Origin: a virus
IMG/VR virus record: IMGVR_UViG_3300025706_000005
Direction: 5' to 3' (one strand)
DNA length: 60,913 bases
Part shown: positions 51,867 to 60,415 of the stretch, one piece after another
Layout of the letters: every line of letters starts with the position of its first letter
Position numbering within the stretch: the first letter of the stretch is position 1
Program-made: the position numbers and the translations under genes
The notes under the pieces: model-generated
What the model saw: the letters and a program-made list of their open reading frames with translations, nothing else
What the model was told of the DNA's origin: nothing
The model's database searches: none

Positions 51867-54053
51867 TCAGACTCTGGGTATGGCGCTGGAGCCGCCAGCA
51901 GCTTCAGGAGCTGCCTGGCCCTCGCCGGCCCCGGAAAGAGCCTGCATTAATTCTTCTTCGGTAGGCGCCGGCAGGCTGCCCTGGGCCGGCTGCCCGGCAC
52001 CTTGCGCCTGCATGGCCGCGTTTGCTCCCAGGGGCGGCATTTGAGGCGCCGGAGCCGCTGAAGGCGCGCCCATTCCAATAGGCGCCTGGGGCTGGTTCTT
52101 CTGCTGCTCCAGGGTTTTGATTTGCATTTCCACGTTCAACTGCTGGAGCTTCAGGTTCTGGATGCCGAATTTCAGCGTTTCCAGGGCCTGCTCTTCCTCC
52201 AGTTTGCGGAACTTTTTGAGCCGTTCTTTGTCGTCGGCGCTGAAGGTGTCGATGCTGTTCACGATGGTCCCGGTTAGAACTGTTCGGGTTCCGATGTTCT
52301 CCGGGGGTATCGTCGCCATAACCTCGGCGGCCACGGCCCTGGAAATCAGCCGATTGGTCAGGCCTGAAGGGCTTTCAGATACCACGACTTTATGGCGCGG
52401 CAACTGTGAAATATCGGCTTTGATGTAGGTCTGGCCGTTGACCTCAACCTTTTCATTCAGGCTGATGGTTTTGTTGCCATCGCTGGGGACCAGGAAGTCG
52501 CGCTGCCAGCCTCCGACGGAATACTGGCGCTTGGCCTGCTCCAGATACGCCTCGCCCTTCTCGTTAAGGTGGCGCTTCAGGCCTGCGAAAAGAACATACT
52601 GCTGCTGTTCGGCCTGCCGGACCTTCTGGGCAAAAAGGTATCCGCTTTCTCCGCTGGCTTCCGTCCGCGCGTCGTAGGCCGCCGGGCTCTTGCTGATGCG
52701 GTCGGCGTAATCCCACATACGGACCAGCTGCGCCTGAATATCATTCGGAAACTCCGCCTTTCGGAGCTTCTGCGGCATGAGATTGCGGCCAATGGCTCCG
52801 GGGGCTGAAATGAAAGTCCTGTTCGGCTGGTTCCGGGTAGCGATGTAATCATCAATCTGGGTCTGGTCGTTCCCGAAAAGCATGGGGTCCATGACCTCGC
52901 CGCCCTGGGCGCTGGTCTGGATGATGTAGGAAATAAGCATTTCCCGATGATTGATGTTTCGCTGAATATCTTTGATAAGGTCGATGATGCCGCTGGGAAC
53001 GCCGTTAATCCTGGCTGCGGACCATGGGAAAAACTGGAGCCGGCCTACTTGGATGGCCGTCGCCTTGCGCTCGATAATCACGTCAGGCGCAATCTGCGGA
53101 ATGATGACTGTGCAGTATTGGACCAGCTTCTCTACTTGGCGCTGCAAAATTTTATCCGGTTCCCATTTCGGATTTCGCGCGTCCAGCCAGGCCTTCTTGA
53201 AAGCCACGTCGTCCGTTGCCGGCAAAACCATTCCGGTCATGGCGTCGTATTCTTCCCAGACCTTTTCCCGCACCATTTCATAGAACTGGATGACGCGGAA
53301 TTTTTCGTTGATGCCAGACTCCTGGAGAACGTCGAAGTTTGGAGTGACGCCTTTGGAGAGAGGGTCGAAGTCGGAGCCCAGGGCCCGGTTCTGGAGAACA
53401 TACTGCCGCACCAGAGGGTCGAGCTTGGGCCAGAGCTGGAGTATCTTCTCCGCCGTCAGGTATGAAATCTTCCAGGCTTTCTGGCAGTCTTTCCCGGAAG
53501 ACGTTTTCCAGTTGGGGTCAAAAACAACCTGGCCCGGCAGCGCCGTTCTCCATGCAATATTTCCCAGCGGGTGATTGCGCTGGTCGATATACATTTCTTC
53601 TACGCCTTCGTAAATCAGGCCGGCAATAACCAGGTCGGTGTATGACACCTCCCAGTCCATCAGCTCTTTGTCGGAGAGGGCAGCCTGCTTCACGGCCTGG
53701 GTCAACTCGGCTTCTCCGGGCTCCACGGCCAGGAAATCCATGTCGAAAGGATTTTTTAGGATGGCGCCGGCCAGACTATCAACCTTCTGCCTGGTGATGT
53801 TGTAGGTGTCGGGGATGCGGCCTTCGGCCAGGAGCTGCGCCAGCTGGGCCGGGCCATACTGGCCAAATTCCAGGCCGCCGTAATTGCGCCAGTTGTCCTG
53901 GTTCCGCTGCCTGTTGTTGTAGTCGTATTGAACGGCGCTTTCAAATTCCTGCTGGATGGCGCGCGCCGTCATGTCCGGCCTCGCGGGGGCGCCGGGCTGC
54001 TGCTCGATTATGTCAGAACCTTCAAGCTCGTTGGCAGCCAGGGCGTTTTCCAT
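51867..54053 (-). CDS. Portal protein, 728 aa
   Basis: Size and position downstream of terL. The Gln/Ala/Pro-rich C-terminal tail is common in portals. Confidence 0.7.
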   Translation of the reverse strand: MENALAANELEGSDIIEQQPGAPARPDMTARAIQQEFESAVQYDYNNRQRNQDNWRNYGGLEFGQYGPAQLAQLLAEGRIPDTYNITRQKVDSLAGAILKNPFDMDFLAVEPGEAELTQAVKQAALSDKELMDWEVSYTDLVIAGLIYEGVEEMYIDQRNHPLGNIAWRTALPGQVVFDPNWKTSSGKDCQKAWKISYLTAEKILQLWPKLDPLVRQYVLQNRALGSDFDPLSKGVTPNFDVLQESGINEKFRVIQFYEMVREKVWEEYDAMTGMVLPATDDVAFKKAWLDARNPKWEPDKILQRQVEKLVQYCTVIIPQIAPDVIIERKATAIQVGRLQFFPWSAARINGVPSGIIDLIKDIQRNINHREMLISYIIQTSAQGGEVMDPMLFGNDQTQIDDYIATRNQPNRTFISAPGAIGRNLMPQKLRKAEFPNDIQAQLVRMWDYADRISKSPAAYDARTEASGESGYLFAQKVRQAEQQQYVLFAGLKRHLNEKGEAYLEQAKRQYSVGGWQRDFLVPSDGNKTISLNEKVEVNGQTYIKADISQLPRHKVVVSESPSGLTNRLISRAVAAEVMATIPPENIGTRTVLTGTIVNSIDTFSADDKERLKKFRKLEEEQALETLKFGIQNLKLQQLNVEMQIKTLEQQKNQPQAPIGMGAPSAAPAPQMPPLGANAAMQAQGAGQPAQGSLPAPTEEELMQALSGAGEGQAAPEAAGGSSAIPRV

Positions 54054-54054
54054 G

Positions 54055-54390
54055 TCAGGCTCCTGCCATTGACGGGGCCAGACTTTGCTGTATTGGCAGC
54101 TCCATCCTCAACCCCGTGTCTTTGCGATAACTCTTTTTGGTGGATCGCGGGACTCTGCGAAAAACAACTGCGTCGGTCTTGTCTTTTTCAACCAGCCACT
54201 CGACGCGGCATGAAGGGCATTTGAAATTTTGAACTGTGTGAACGCCGTGAACCATGTCACCCAGGAAGCTCATGCAACGCTTCCCCTCGGCTCCGATGTT
54301 GATGCACCGGATTTCGATTAACGGGCGATTGAAGAACTCCTGGGCGTCCATATATGAAAATAGGGCGTAGTGAAGCCTCCTGGGCTTCAC
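54055..54390 (-). CDS. Hypothetical Cys-containing protein, 111 aa (GTG start; the start is uncertain)
   Basis: ORF between terL and portal with C...C ... CPSC. An 8-bp hairpin GTGAAGCC-N5-GGCTTCAC sits at its 5' end. Confidence 0.4.
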   Translation of the reverse strand: MKPRRLHYALFSYMDAQEFFNRPLIEIRCINIGAEGKRCMSFLGDMVHGVHTVQNFKCPSCRVEWLVEKDKTDAVVFRRVPRSTKKSYRKDTGLRMELPIQQSLAPSMAGA

Positions 54391-54455
54391 CCGCCCTTTA
54401 TTTTGATTTGAACCGGGGCCCGTTATTGAGCCCTGCGGCCATGCCTTTAACCCAT

Positions 54456-54484
54456 AATCTACTTTAACGCGGCAATAATGTCAA
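54456..54484 (-). promoter_or_regulatory. Sigma70-type promoter between terL and the portal block
   Basis: Minus strand reads TTGACA (54484-54479), a 17-nt spacer TTATTGCCGCGTTAAAG, then TAGATT (54461-54456). Confidence 0.5.
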
Positions 54485-54495
54485 TTTTACTGTTT

Positions 54496-56667
54496 TTATA
54501 GATTTACCGGGTCCAGGCCGGACCTGGGCTTTGAAGGTAAAATCATTCCAGCTTTCCTGGCTTCAAGCTGGGCCAGGTAGCCTTCTTTGTCGGCCTGGTT
54601 TATTTGCTCCAGGCTGTATTCTTTGGCCTTTGAATAGGGCGCCAGCTTCGGTAGAAACTTTCCCGTCCTTCCCCATTGATGCAGCAGGCTGACGATGTTG
54701 CAGAGGGCTAGGCATAGTCCGCAACTGTCGTCCGTGGCCTTTCCGTTCTCGATGGCCCAGTCCTGAAACTGTCTGATGGTTTCCTGGCAGGATGAATGAA
54801 CGACAATCATGTTGCTGGCAATCATGCTGGCAGCTACTGTCTGGGCTCCTGGTAGGTCCAGCATGAGATTGGGCTGAAGGAATAGCCCGTATTCCGACTG
54901 TTCAAAGGCCATCGCGCTGCCGTCCCTCATGCCGGCCATTGACCTGGCTTTCTCGGTCAGGCCAAACATTTCCTGGTTGGCATACCAGAGAAATTTATTC
55001 AGCTTCAGGGAAATGCCGTGATCCCTGAACTGCTGAAACATGGCCGCCTGAAGTCTCGGAACAATGTTCTCCGGCCTGGGGTTTGGGCTCACAACCTCGT
55101 TGAAGATGTAGAGCTTCCCGTCTTGTCCGTCCCAGAGGCAGGCCAGGGCATTGGTGGTCATGTCCTTCTCCTGGTAGAGCGTGATATAAACCTGGGCGTT
55201 TCTCTTCAGCAGCTGCTTCCAGTTGATTTTGAAGTCCCGGACCTGCTTGTCGTTCCACGGATGGAAGGCTGGCCAGACCTTCTTCGACTCGGAGCCGCCG
55301 GTGAAGGCCAGGATAGTAGCGTCGGCAAGGTCCGGGCTCTGTCCATACTCGGCTTTGTAGCTGTCCTTGCTCTCAACCTTCAGCAGACCGCCGGAATGGG
55401 TTTCTTTTCGCCTGGTCGATAACTGCTCCGTCAAATACTCGTCGTTTGGGATTTCCAGATACTTAAGCTGACTGGCAAAGTCAAACCACATTTTACTGGC
55501 CATGTCCGCGTGCTTCCCGTCCTTCGGGCTGGCGCCGAAATTTATTGGCAGCACCTGGATTTTATGCGTGCGGTTCCTCTTCAGAATATCCGTGACACCT
55601 CCGCCGACACCCGTGTCGTCCACCTTCACCTTGACCGGGCCCGTGTAGCCGGTGATGTCTCGGTATTTTTCTACGGCCACCAGGACGCGCGCGGCCACCT
55701 GAACAGTATCAAGTTTTGAAAACTTTTCCAGCTCATAGAGCTTGTTCCCCTGGCGGACTGCAATTACAGTCATGTCGTCGCCATACCTGGCAACGTCAAC
55801 ACCAATTTCAAAAGGGCCTACCGCCTTTACGCCTTCCCGGTGAACTGCTGCCATCACGTCGGCGTATTGCATAATGGCCATCGGGTTGCCTGAAGGAAAT
55901 TCCCCTTTTACTCGGACCAGGTAAACGTCGGAGTTTTCGCCGTATTTCTTCTTCATGCGGACGCAATAGGCCGCGTCTGCAATCGGGCTCTTCTCGCTGT
56001 CGAAGTGCAGTTTACTCCATTGGTCCTTGTCTTTATGGTGGCTGTCAAAGTAGTATCCGCGCGTCTGGTTCGGCTGCCCAGTTAAAACGATTTTGTTTCC
56101 GGGCTTCGTTAGGTTTCCTTCAATGACTTCGTAAATCAGGTCGTCGATGGCGCTGGCTTCATCACATATAAAAAGGCTTTCCTCTGCGTGAAGGCCTGCC
56201 AGTCCCTGCGGCTCTTTGCAGGTTCTGGCGATGATGGCCCACATATCATATCCTTCGGCGTCGCGCGCAAAAAACGGCCTGATGCTGTCAGCTCCTACAT
56301 GGAAGAGCCTGCCCAGGGGCGAATAAAGCTGCCACCTTTGAAACTCTTTCCAGAAGGTGTCTTTTATCTGTTCAAATTTTGGGCCAGTCACTACAATCAA
56401 TGACAATGGCCTGGTGATTAAATAACAGGATGACGCCAGGACCAGGGCGCTGGTCTTTCCGGTTCCAGTCCCGGACCTGGCTGACGTGGCTTTGTTGAAA
56501 AATATTGACTCGATTAATTCTTTTTGATTACTGTCGAGAGACTTGATTTTCGGATGAAACTTGGTATAAAAATCTTCGGCAAATTGGACCGGCCTATTCC
56601 GGTATCTCGTCATTAACTCATAAAGCCAGTCGGCCTTAATTCTTGCCAGGTCTTGCTGGGGCTGCAT
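54496..56667 (-). CDS. terL: Terminase large subunit, 723 aa
   Basis: Walker A SGTGTGKTSAL. Walker B-like LFICDEAS. Nuclease-domain motif IGVDVARYGDDMTVIAV. Confidence 0.9.
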   Translation of the reverse strand: MQPQQDLARIKADWLYELMTRYRNRPVQFAEDFYTKFHPKIKSLDSNQKELIESIFFNKATSARSGTGTGKTSALVLASSCYLITRPLSLIVVTGPKFEQIKDTFWKEFQRWQLYSPLGRLFHVGADSIRPFFARDAEGYDMWAIIARTCKEPQGLAGLHAEESLFICDEASAIDDLIYEVIEGNLTKPGNKIVLTGQPNQTRGYYFDSHHKDKDQWSKLHFDSEKSPIADAAYCVRMKKKYGENSDVYLVRVKGEFPSGNPMAIMQYADVMAAVHREGVKAVGPFEIGVDVARYGDDMTVIAVRQGNKLYELEKFSKLDTVQVAARVLVAVEKYRDITGYTGPVKVKVDDTGVGGGVTDILKRNRTHKIQVLPINFGASPKDGKHADMASKMWFDFASQLKYLEIPNDEYLTEQLSTRRKETHSGGLLKVESKDSYKAEYGQSPDLADATILAFTGGSESKKVWPAFHPWNDKQVRDFKINWKQLLKRNAQVYITLYQEKDMTTNALACLWDGQDGKLYIFNEVVSPNPRPENIVPRLQAAMFQQFRDHGISLKLNKFLWYANQEMFGLTEKARSMAGMRDGSAMAFEQSEYGLFLQPNLMLDLPGAQTVAASMIASNMIVVHSSCQETIRQFQDWAIENGKATDDSCGLCLALCNIVSLLHQWGRTGKFLPKLAPYSKAKEYSLEQINQADKEGYLAQLEARKAGMILPSKPRSGLDPVNL

Positions 56668-57262
56668 CCGGCGCTTTCGGCTTTCCGCTGGTGGCGTCCA
56701 TCTTAAATCTCTCCATAAGCAGAGCCATCACGTCGGCCTGTTCGCCTTTCTTGAAAAGATTAAGGTGGTCGCCCAGCAGCTCCAGAGCCTTTATTTTGTC
56801 ATTCATTTTGAAGGCGATGCCTTCAGCTGTTTCTTTCACGGAGCCGATGGCCCTGGTATCCAGTTCATGCCAGGGCCGGAGCCTCACTACCTCCACGTCG
56901 TAGGTTTCGGTGGTTTCTGGGCCTCGCCCGTTCTTCCCCTTCGTCGTCCGCGTGCGCTGTTCTGTTTCTATTCCGACGTAGGTGTTGATGTCGGCAAAGG
57001 CGACGGCTGCAATCTCGTCCAGGACGCGCTGGGCGTCGAATTTACATTTCTGCTTTCGCTCTTCAATCAGTCCGTCTATTCTGGCGCGCACCAGAGGGCG
57101 CTCCATAAGGCTGGATGCGATGCTGTTGCTGTTTGGGGATTTCTTGTATCCGGCCCGGATTGCGGCCTGGCAGGCGTTAAGGTCCTTGATATATTCGTGA
57201 CAGAATATATCTTCGGCGTCGGTAAGAGTAGATGGAGTTTTTCTTTTTCCCATAGCCTTCAC
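56636..57262 (-). CDS. terS: Terminase small subunit, 208 aa
   Basis: FCHEYIKDLNACQAAIRAGYKKSPNSNSIASSLMERPLVRARID matches the Terminase_2-type N-terminal HTH signature. Immediately upstream of terL. Confidence 0.8.
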   Translation of the reverse strand: MKAMGKRKTPSTLTDAEDIFCHEYIKDLNACQAAIRAGYKKSPNSNSIASSLMERPLVRARIDGLIEERKQKCKFDAQRVLDEIAAVAFADINTYVGIETEQRTRTTKGKNGRGPETTETYDVEVVRLRPWHELDTRAIGSVKETAEGIAFKMNDKIKALELLGDHLNLFKKGEQADVMALLMERFKMDATSGKPKAPDAAPARPGKN

Positions 57263-57281
57263 CTTCGGCTTTCACACCATA

Positions 57282-57310
57282 AAGATACTTTCAGAAGGTG
57301 AAGATTGCAA
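57282..57310 (-). promoter_or_regulatory. Candidate late promoter upstream of terS (TTGCAA-N17-TATCTT)
   Basis: Minus strand reads TTGCAA (57310-57305), a 17-nt spacer, then TATCTT (57287-57282). It overlaps a 10-bp inverted repeat CTTCACCTTC/GAAGGTGAAG (57257-57266 and 57294-57303). Confidence 0.4.
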
Positions 57311-57319
57311 ATAAGCCGG

Positions 57320-57652
57320 TCAGGCAGCCTGCAAAACGCTCCTGAAATCATCCATGACCATCGCCATAATATTGGCCCTGAAGCCTTCGTCCATGTCGCT
57401 CCAGTCCATGCAATGCAGGCTTGAATAGATGTAGAGCCTGTCGCTTGGAATATGAATATTGAAGGCTTCGGCGCTGTTCTTTATGAAGCAAATATCAAAG
57501 TGCTTCGTCGGATTGAATAGCTTTTTCAGGCCCAGGACCAGGGCCTGTTCTTTCATGTTCTTGGCATTGGACAGGGCCCGGTCAACCTCCTGGTAGAGAT
57601 CGGCAAGGCTTCCTACTTTTCGGACCTGAAGGCCAAGTTTATCAAATATCAT
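57320..57652 (-). CDS. Hypothetical protein, 110 aa
   Basis: ATGA-coupled to the HAD gene. Confidence 0.5.
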   Translation of the reverse strand: MIFDKLGLQVRKVGSLADLYQEVDRALSNAKNMKEQALVLGLKKLFNPTKHFDICFIKNSAEAFNIHIPSDRLYIYSSLHCMDWSDMDEGFRANIMAMVMDDFRSVLQAA

Positions 57653-58041
57653 TGTGCCTCCCGTAGATGATGTTTCTTGCCCAGGCCTTTTTCCAGTTGC
57701 GGCTTAATGAGCTTCAGAATATCAATCCAGCTCTCCGGCAGTCCGCCGGCCTGCCGGTCGTCGATGTAGATGTCGGCATAAATCTTCGGCGTCTGAACAA
57801 ATGGAACAAAGTGGTTCACGTTCACGGCGTCGTATTTAATGCCGGCCTCATTGAGAAAAGCCTTCATGGCGTCCAGGTCGGGCTTCAGGGACCGGCAGGT
57901 CCAGATAATGATTTTGCAGCCCAGCACGTCCCGGAGATAATTGATGCAGACAAAAGCGTCAGGTCGAAGTGTCCCTATCTTCGGGAAGTCAGAAAACTGC
58001 GCGTCGGTGATGGTCCCGTCGAAGTCGATGGCGATTATCAT
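57649..58041 (-). CDS. HAD-superfamily phosphatase/nucleotidase-like protein, 130 aa
   Basis: N-terminal IAIDFDGTI (DxDxT motif I). Later IIWTCRS and YIDD, consistent with HAD motifs II-IV. Confidence 0.65.
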   Translation of the reverse strand: MIIAIDFDGTITDAQFSDFPKIGTLRPDAFVCINYLRDVLGCKIIIWTCRSLKPDLDAMKAFLNEAGIKYDAVNVNHFVPFVQTPKIYADIYIDDRQAGGLPESWIDILKLIKPQLEKGLGKKHHLREAQ

Positions 58042-58116
58042 GGTTCTCCTCTTGAATTGTTGGACGCGGTTTTAATCGCGCACAACGGATTGCCGCACCT
58101 GACGGACAGTCCATAT

Positions 58117-58725
58117 TTATTTATCTCCGGCAGGTTCGCCGGAAGGCCCGCCCTCGGGCTTTACGACTGCGGCTTGTTGTAACCTGTTTAGCGCGATGTC
58201 TTTTTCTTCCGCCGCAGTTATTAAGTATTTAATGTCGTTCGTAAGCCCCGTAATGGTATTCCGCATAGTCCATATACGCGTTGTTGCCAGATAGCCAAGG
58301 TGCATTCTTTCTTCGTCTGTGAGTTTGCGATGTTCTTCGTTTTCGACTGCATCTCGAACGTGTTTAACCCGCCAGCCATACCCCGGAGCATTTGAGTAAA
58401 CGTGGAGTATGCCAGCGTGGGCTGGAATAAACTCATGACAATGGGCCAAGTGTTCGGGAATGGCGAAAAACAGGCGCTTTATCTTTTTACTTTTGTGTCC
58501 GTGCCATTTACTGGAATCCTTTTTAAGGTCGGCGCGGCTGATTTTTATTTCAATTTCTGTCGCATAACCGCATTTCGTCACAACAAGTAAGTCGCATTCG
58601 TGAAGTTGAAGCCCGTAGGAAACATTGGGAACAATCATGTGAACGCGCCAATCAAAATAGCTGGCAAGTGCTGTTTCCATGTCTCCCGTATCCGGTCTTT
58701 TTGTCTTTGCGGCGGTGGTCTTCAT
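58117..58725 (-). CDS. MmcB-like PD-(D/E)xK nuclease, paralog B, 202 aa
   Basis: ECDLLVVTKCGYATEIEIKISRADLKKD...HGHKSKKIKRLFFAIP...PAHAGIL parallels 7453..8121. Confidence 0.7.
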   Translation of the reverse strand: MKTTAAKTKRPDTGDMETALASYFDWRVHMIVPNVSYGLQLHECDLLVVTKCGYATEIEIKISRADLKKDSSKWHGHKSKKIKRLFFAIPEHLAHCHEFIPAHAGILHVYSNAPGYGWRVKHVRDAVENEEHRKLTDEERMHLGYLATTRIWTMRNTITGLTNDIKYLITAAEEKDIALNRLQQAAVVKPEGGPSGEPAGDK

Positions 58726-58860
58726 TTTTTGTCTTTCGCGCTAAATTGCTTACAACGTCCTGTAGTTACAAGAAGTTTGCTCCGCAAATTTGCCGTGAAG
58801 CGCGGAAACGCGCTGAACCTTGTAACCACTTGTTGTGCGAAGTAAACCATGCCGCTGCCT

Positions 58861-59031
58861 TTAATCTTTCGGGTCGGGGTTGCCAAAATTAATATCAATT
58901 TCGTGTGCGAGATTGATAATTTTGTTTTTGTATTCGTCTTCACTTTCGGATAATTTATCATCCATGTGCTCAAAACAATCTTGTAAATCAAGAAAAGTAT
59001 TTTCAAACCGACAGTATCCCATGTTTGCCAT
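58861..59031 (-). CDS. Candidate small acidic protein, 56 aa
   Basis: ATG at 59031 preceded by AAAGGACAAG. MANMGYCRFENTFLDLQDCFEHMDDKLSESEDEYKNKIINLAHEIDINFGNPDPKD. More protein-like than the overlapping 119-aa track ORF. Confidence 0.45.
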   Translation of the reverse strand: MANMGYCRFENTFLDLQDCFEHMDDKLSESEDEYKNKIINLAHEIDINFGNPDPKD

Positions 59032-59131
59032 CTTGTCCTTTCAGCGGGTTTATCCAGCGTTTGTTTTATGCCTTGCGGCATGGTTTATTTTGCACAACGG
59101 ACACTGAAGGGCGAAGTGGCGGGCACCATAA

Positions 59132-59374
59132 TCAAATATTCCCGCCATTTGGGAGAGGGTTTGTAAAACCCGAACCGCCCTTTAGGTTGTTAGGTGCTGT
59201 GTTTTTTGGCGCTGCCTTTTGTATTAAAACAATGTTCCTTAAATCTTGCAATTCTATTTCCAGCCATTGAAGATAAGAAACAAAATTTAAAGGGTTGTGG
59301 GTATGAATCTTCATATCACTTTTATATTCGTGATACAGAGAATAATTATTGCAACCCTTTGGATAGTTTTTCAT
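59132..59374 (-). CDS. Hypothetical protein, 80 aa
   Basis: ATGA-coupled to the 56-aa ORF upstream. Lies in the AT-rich island. Confidence 0.4.
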   Translation of the reverse strand: MKNYPKGCNNYSLYHEYKSDMKIHTHNPLNFVSYLQWLEIELQDLRNIVLIQKAAPKNTAPNNLKGGSGFTNPLPNGGNI

Positions 59375-59541
59375 TTTGTATTTATTTCTCTTCGATACCT
59401 AAAATCACAATCCTTTTGAACCACCCTTCCGGCAAAGTCCGTTCCGACCCACTCTGATTTATCACCACCATTTTTATCTATCAACTCCCATTCATCGCCT
59501 GGGAGTATTTTTTCGCCTGGCTTTAAGATTCTGTATTCCAT
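59371..59541 (-). CDS. Candidate small protein, 56 aa
   Basis: ATG at 59541 preceded by AAAGGAAAATACA. MEYRILKPGEKILPGDEWELIDKNGGDKSEWVGTDFAGRVVQKDCDFRYRREINTK. Confidence 0.4.
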   Translation of the reverse strand: MEYRILKPGEKILPGDEWELIDKNGGDKSEWVGTDFAGRVVQKDCDFRYRREINTK

Positions 59542-59611
59542 TGTATTTTCCTTTCGAGGCTGTAAGCCGCGCTACTGTCTTGCGCCAAAAAACATTGCAC
59601 CTAACTATTTG

Positions 59612-59633
59612 TATCACGCAATCATGCGTGATA
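59612..59633. promoter_or_regulatory. Operator-like palindrome TATCACGCA-ATCA-TGCGTGATA overlapping promoter elements
   Basis: Perfect 9-bp arms with a 4-bp spacer. On the minus strand CTGCAA (59661-59656), a 17-nt spacer and TAGTAT (59638-59633) abut the palindrome. The half-site resembles the lambda operator half-site TATCACCGC. Confidence 0.5.
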
Positions 59634-59798
59634 TACTACTGGCCTGTTCTTCTCTTTGCAGTCGCCTGGGGCTTTCGCGCACCAGGCAATCTTCCCGTTG
59701 GTCCGCATGGGTCCGCCGCAACCTCGGCAGTTAATCCCAGGAGCAATCGGAAACTTGCCGGCAACGAAAGCCGGGGCTTCTACTTTTTTCTTGGCCAC
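59622..59798 (-). CDS. Candidate zinc-ribbon micro-protein, 58 aa, GTG start
   Basis: GTG at 59798 preceded by GAGGAAACCC. Four Cys arranged CRGC-x12-C-x6-C. Overlaps the upstream gene by 19 nt, and its stop lies inside the palindrome. Confidence 0.3.
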   Translation of the reverse strand: MAKKKVEAPAFVAGKFPIAPGINCRGCGGPMRTNGKIAWCAKAPGDCKEKNRPVVYHA

Positions 59799-60415
59799 GG
59801 GTTTCCTCGATACTCCTGAATATTATTCTTCCAGAAGAGCTTTCCTTCCGGCACGTTCTCTTCGACGCTGCGTATCCATTCCAGCTCCGGCTTCGTGGCT
59901 CCGGGCCCGGTCATGGATCCGACAATAACCCGGTCAACGTATGACGGCAGCGGCTCCTCAAAGCAGCCCAGCAGCGGTTCCAGGCTGATGAAGCGTTTAC
60001 TGGCTCCAGCTTCTTTCAGGTCCATGAGCCTGGCGCCCTCATCGTATGTCACCAGCTTCTCCAGCGTCAGGCCGGCCCAGCAGTTCTTTGGCATGAAAAG
60101 GCCATGATATGCCTGGGCGTTCTTGGTCAGGAAAAGAAACGTGTGCTGCCGGCACCTATCTGCAACGTCCAGGATGGCTGCCGTCCATGCCGGCTCCCAG
60201 AAGAATATGTCGCTCATGCTTCCGACAAATATCACGGAAGGCTTCTTCAGTTTGGCCGGCTCCAGAAGGCGCTTGGGATAAAACTTAACATGGCTGAAAT
60301 CGTCCTTGAAAAACCTGTCATGGATTTTCTTGGCATAACAATATTTGCAGCCGTTCTTACAGCCGACAACCGGGTTCCAGGTAAAATCACAGTATTCTAT
60401 ACGAGTTTTATTCAT
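59780..60415 (-). CDS. Phage Gp37/Gp68 (DUF5131) family protein, 211 aa
   Basis: IEYCDFTWNPVVGCKNGCKYCYA is the characteristic N-terminal signature of this family (from memory). Confidence 0.7.
   Translation of the reverse strand: MNKTRIEYCDFTWNPVVGCKNGCKYCYAKKIHDRFFKDDFSHVKFYPKRLLEPAKLKKPSVIFVGSMSDIFFWEPAWTAAILDVADRCRQHTFLFLTKNAQAYHGLFMPKNCWAGLTLEKLVTYDEGARLMDLKEAGASKRFISLEPLLGCFEEPLPSYVDRVIVGSMTGPGATKPELEWIRSVEENVPEGKLFWKNNIQEYRGNPWPRKK

Noticed and set aside
54395-54430. GGTTCAAATC string (minus strand) resembling a tRNA T-loop.
   Set aside because: There is no complementary T-stem, acceptor stem or anticodon arm around it. It sits in the 5' leader between the promoter candidate and the next ORF.
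58722-59081. 119-aa minus-strand ORF in the AT-rich island.
   Set aside because: The translation is odd and has no RBS. A different frame holds a 56-aa ORF (58861..59031) with a Shine-Dalgarno sequence and a far more protein-like sequence.
59609-59637. Plus-strand promoter candidate TTGTAT-N17-TATACT overlapping the palindrome.
   Set aside because: There is no credible plus-strand gene downstream, only an antisense shadow ORF at 59656..59928. It could drive an antisense RNA, but nothing in the sequence supports that. It is mentioned only within the island finding.
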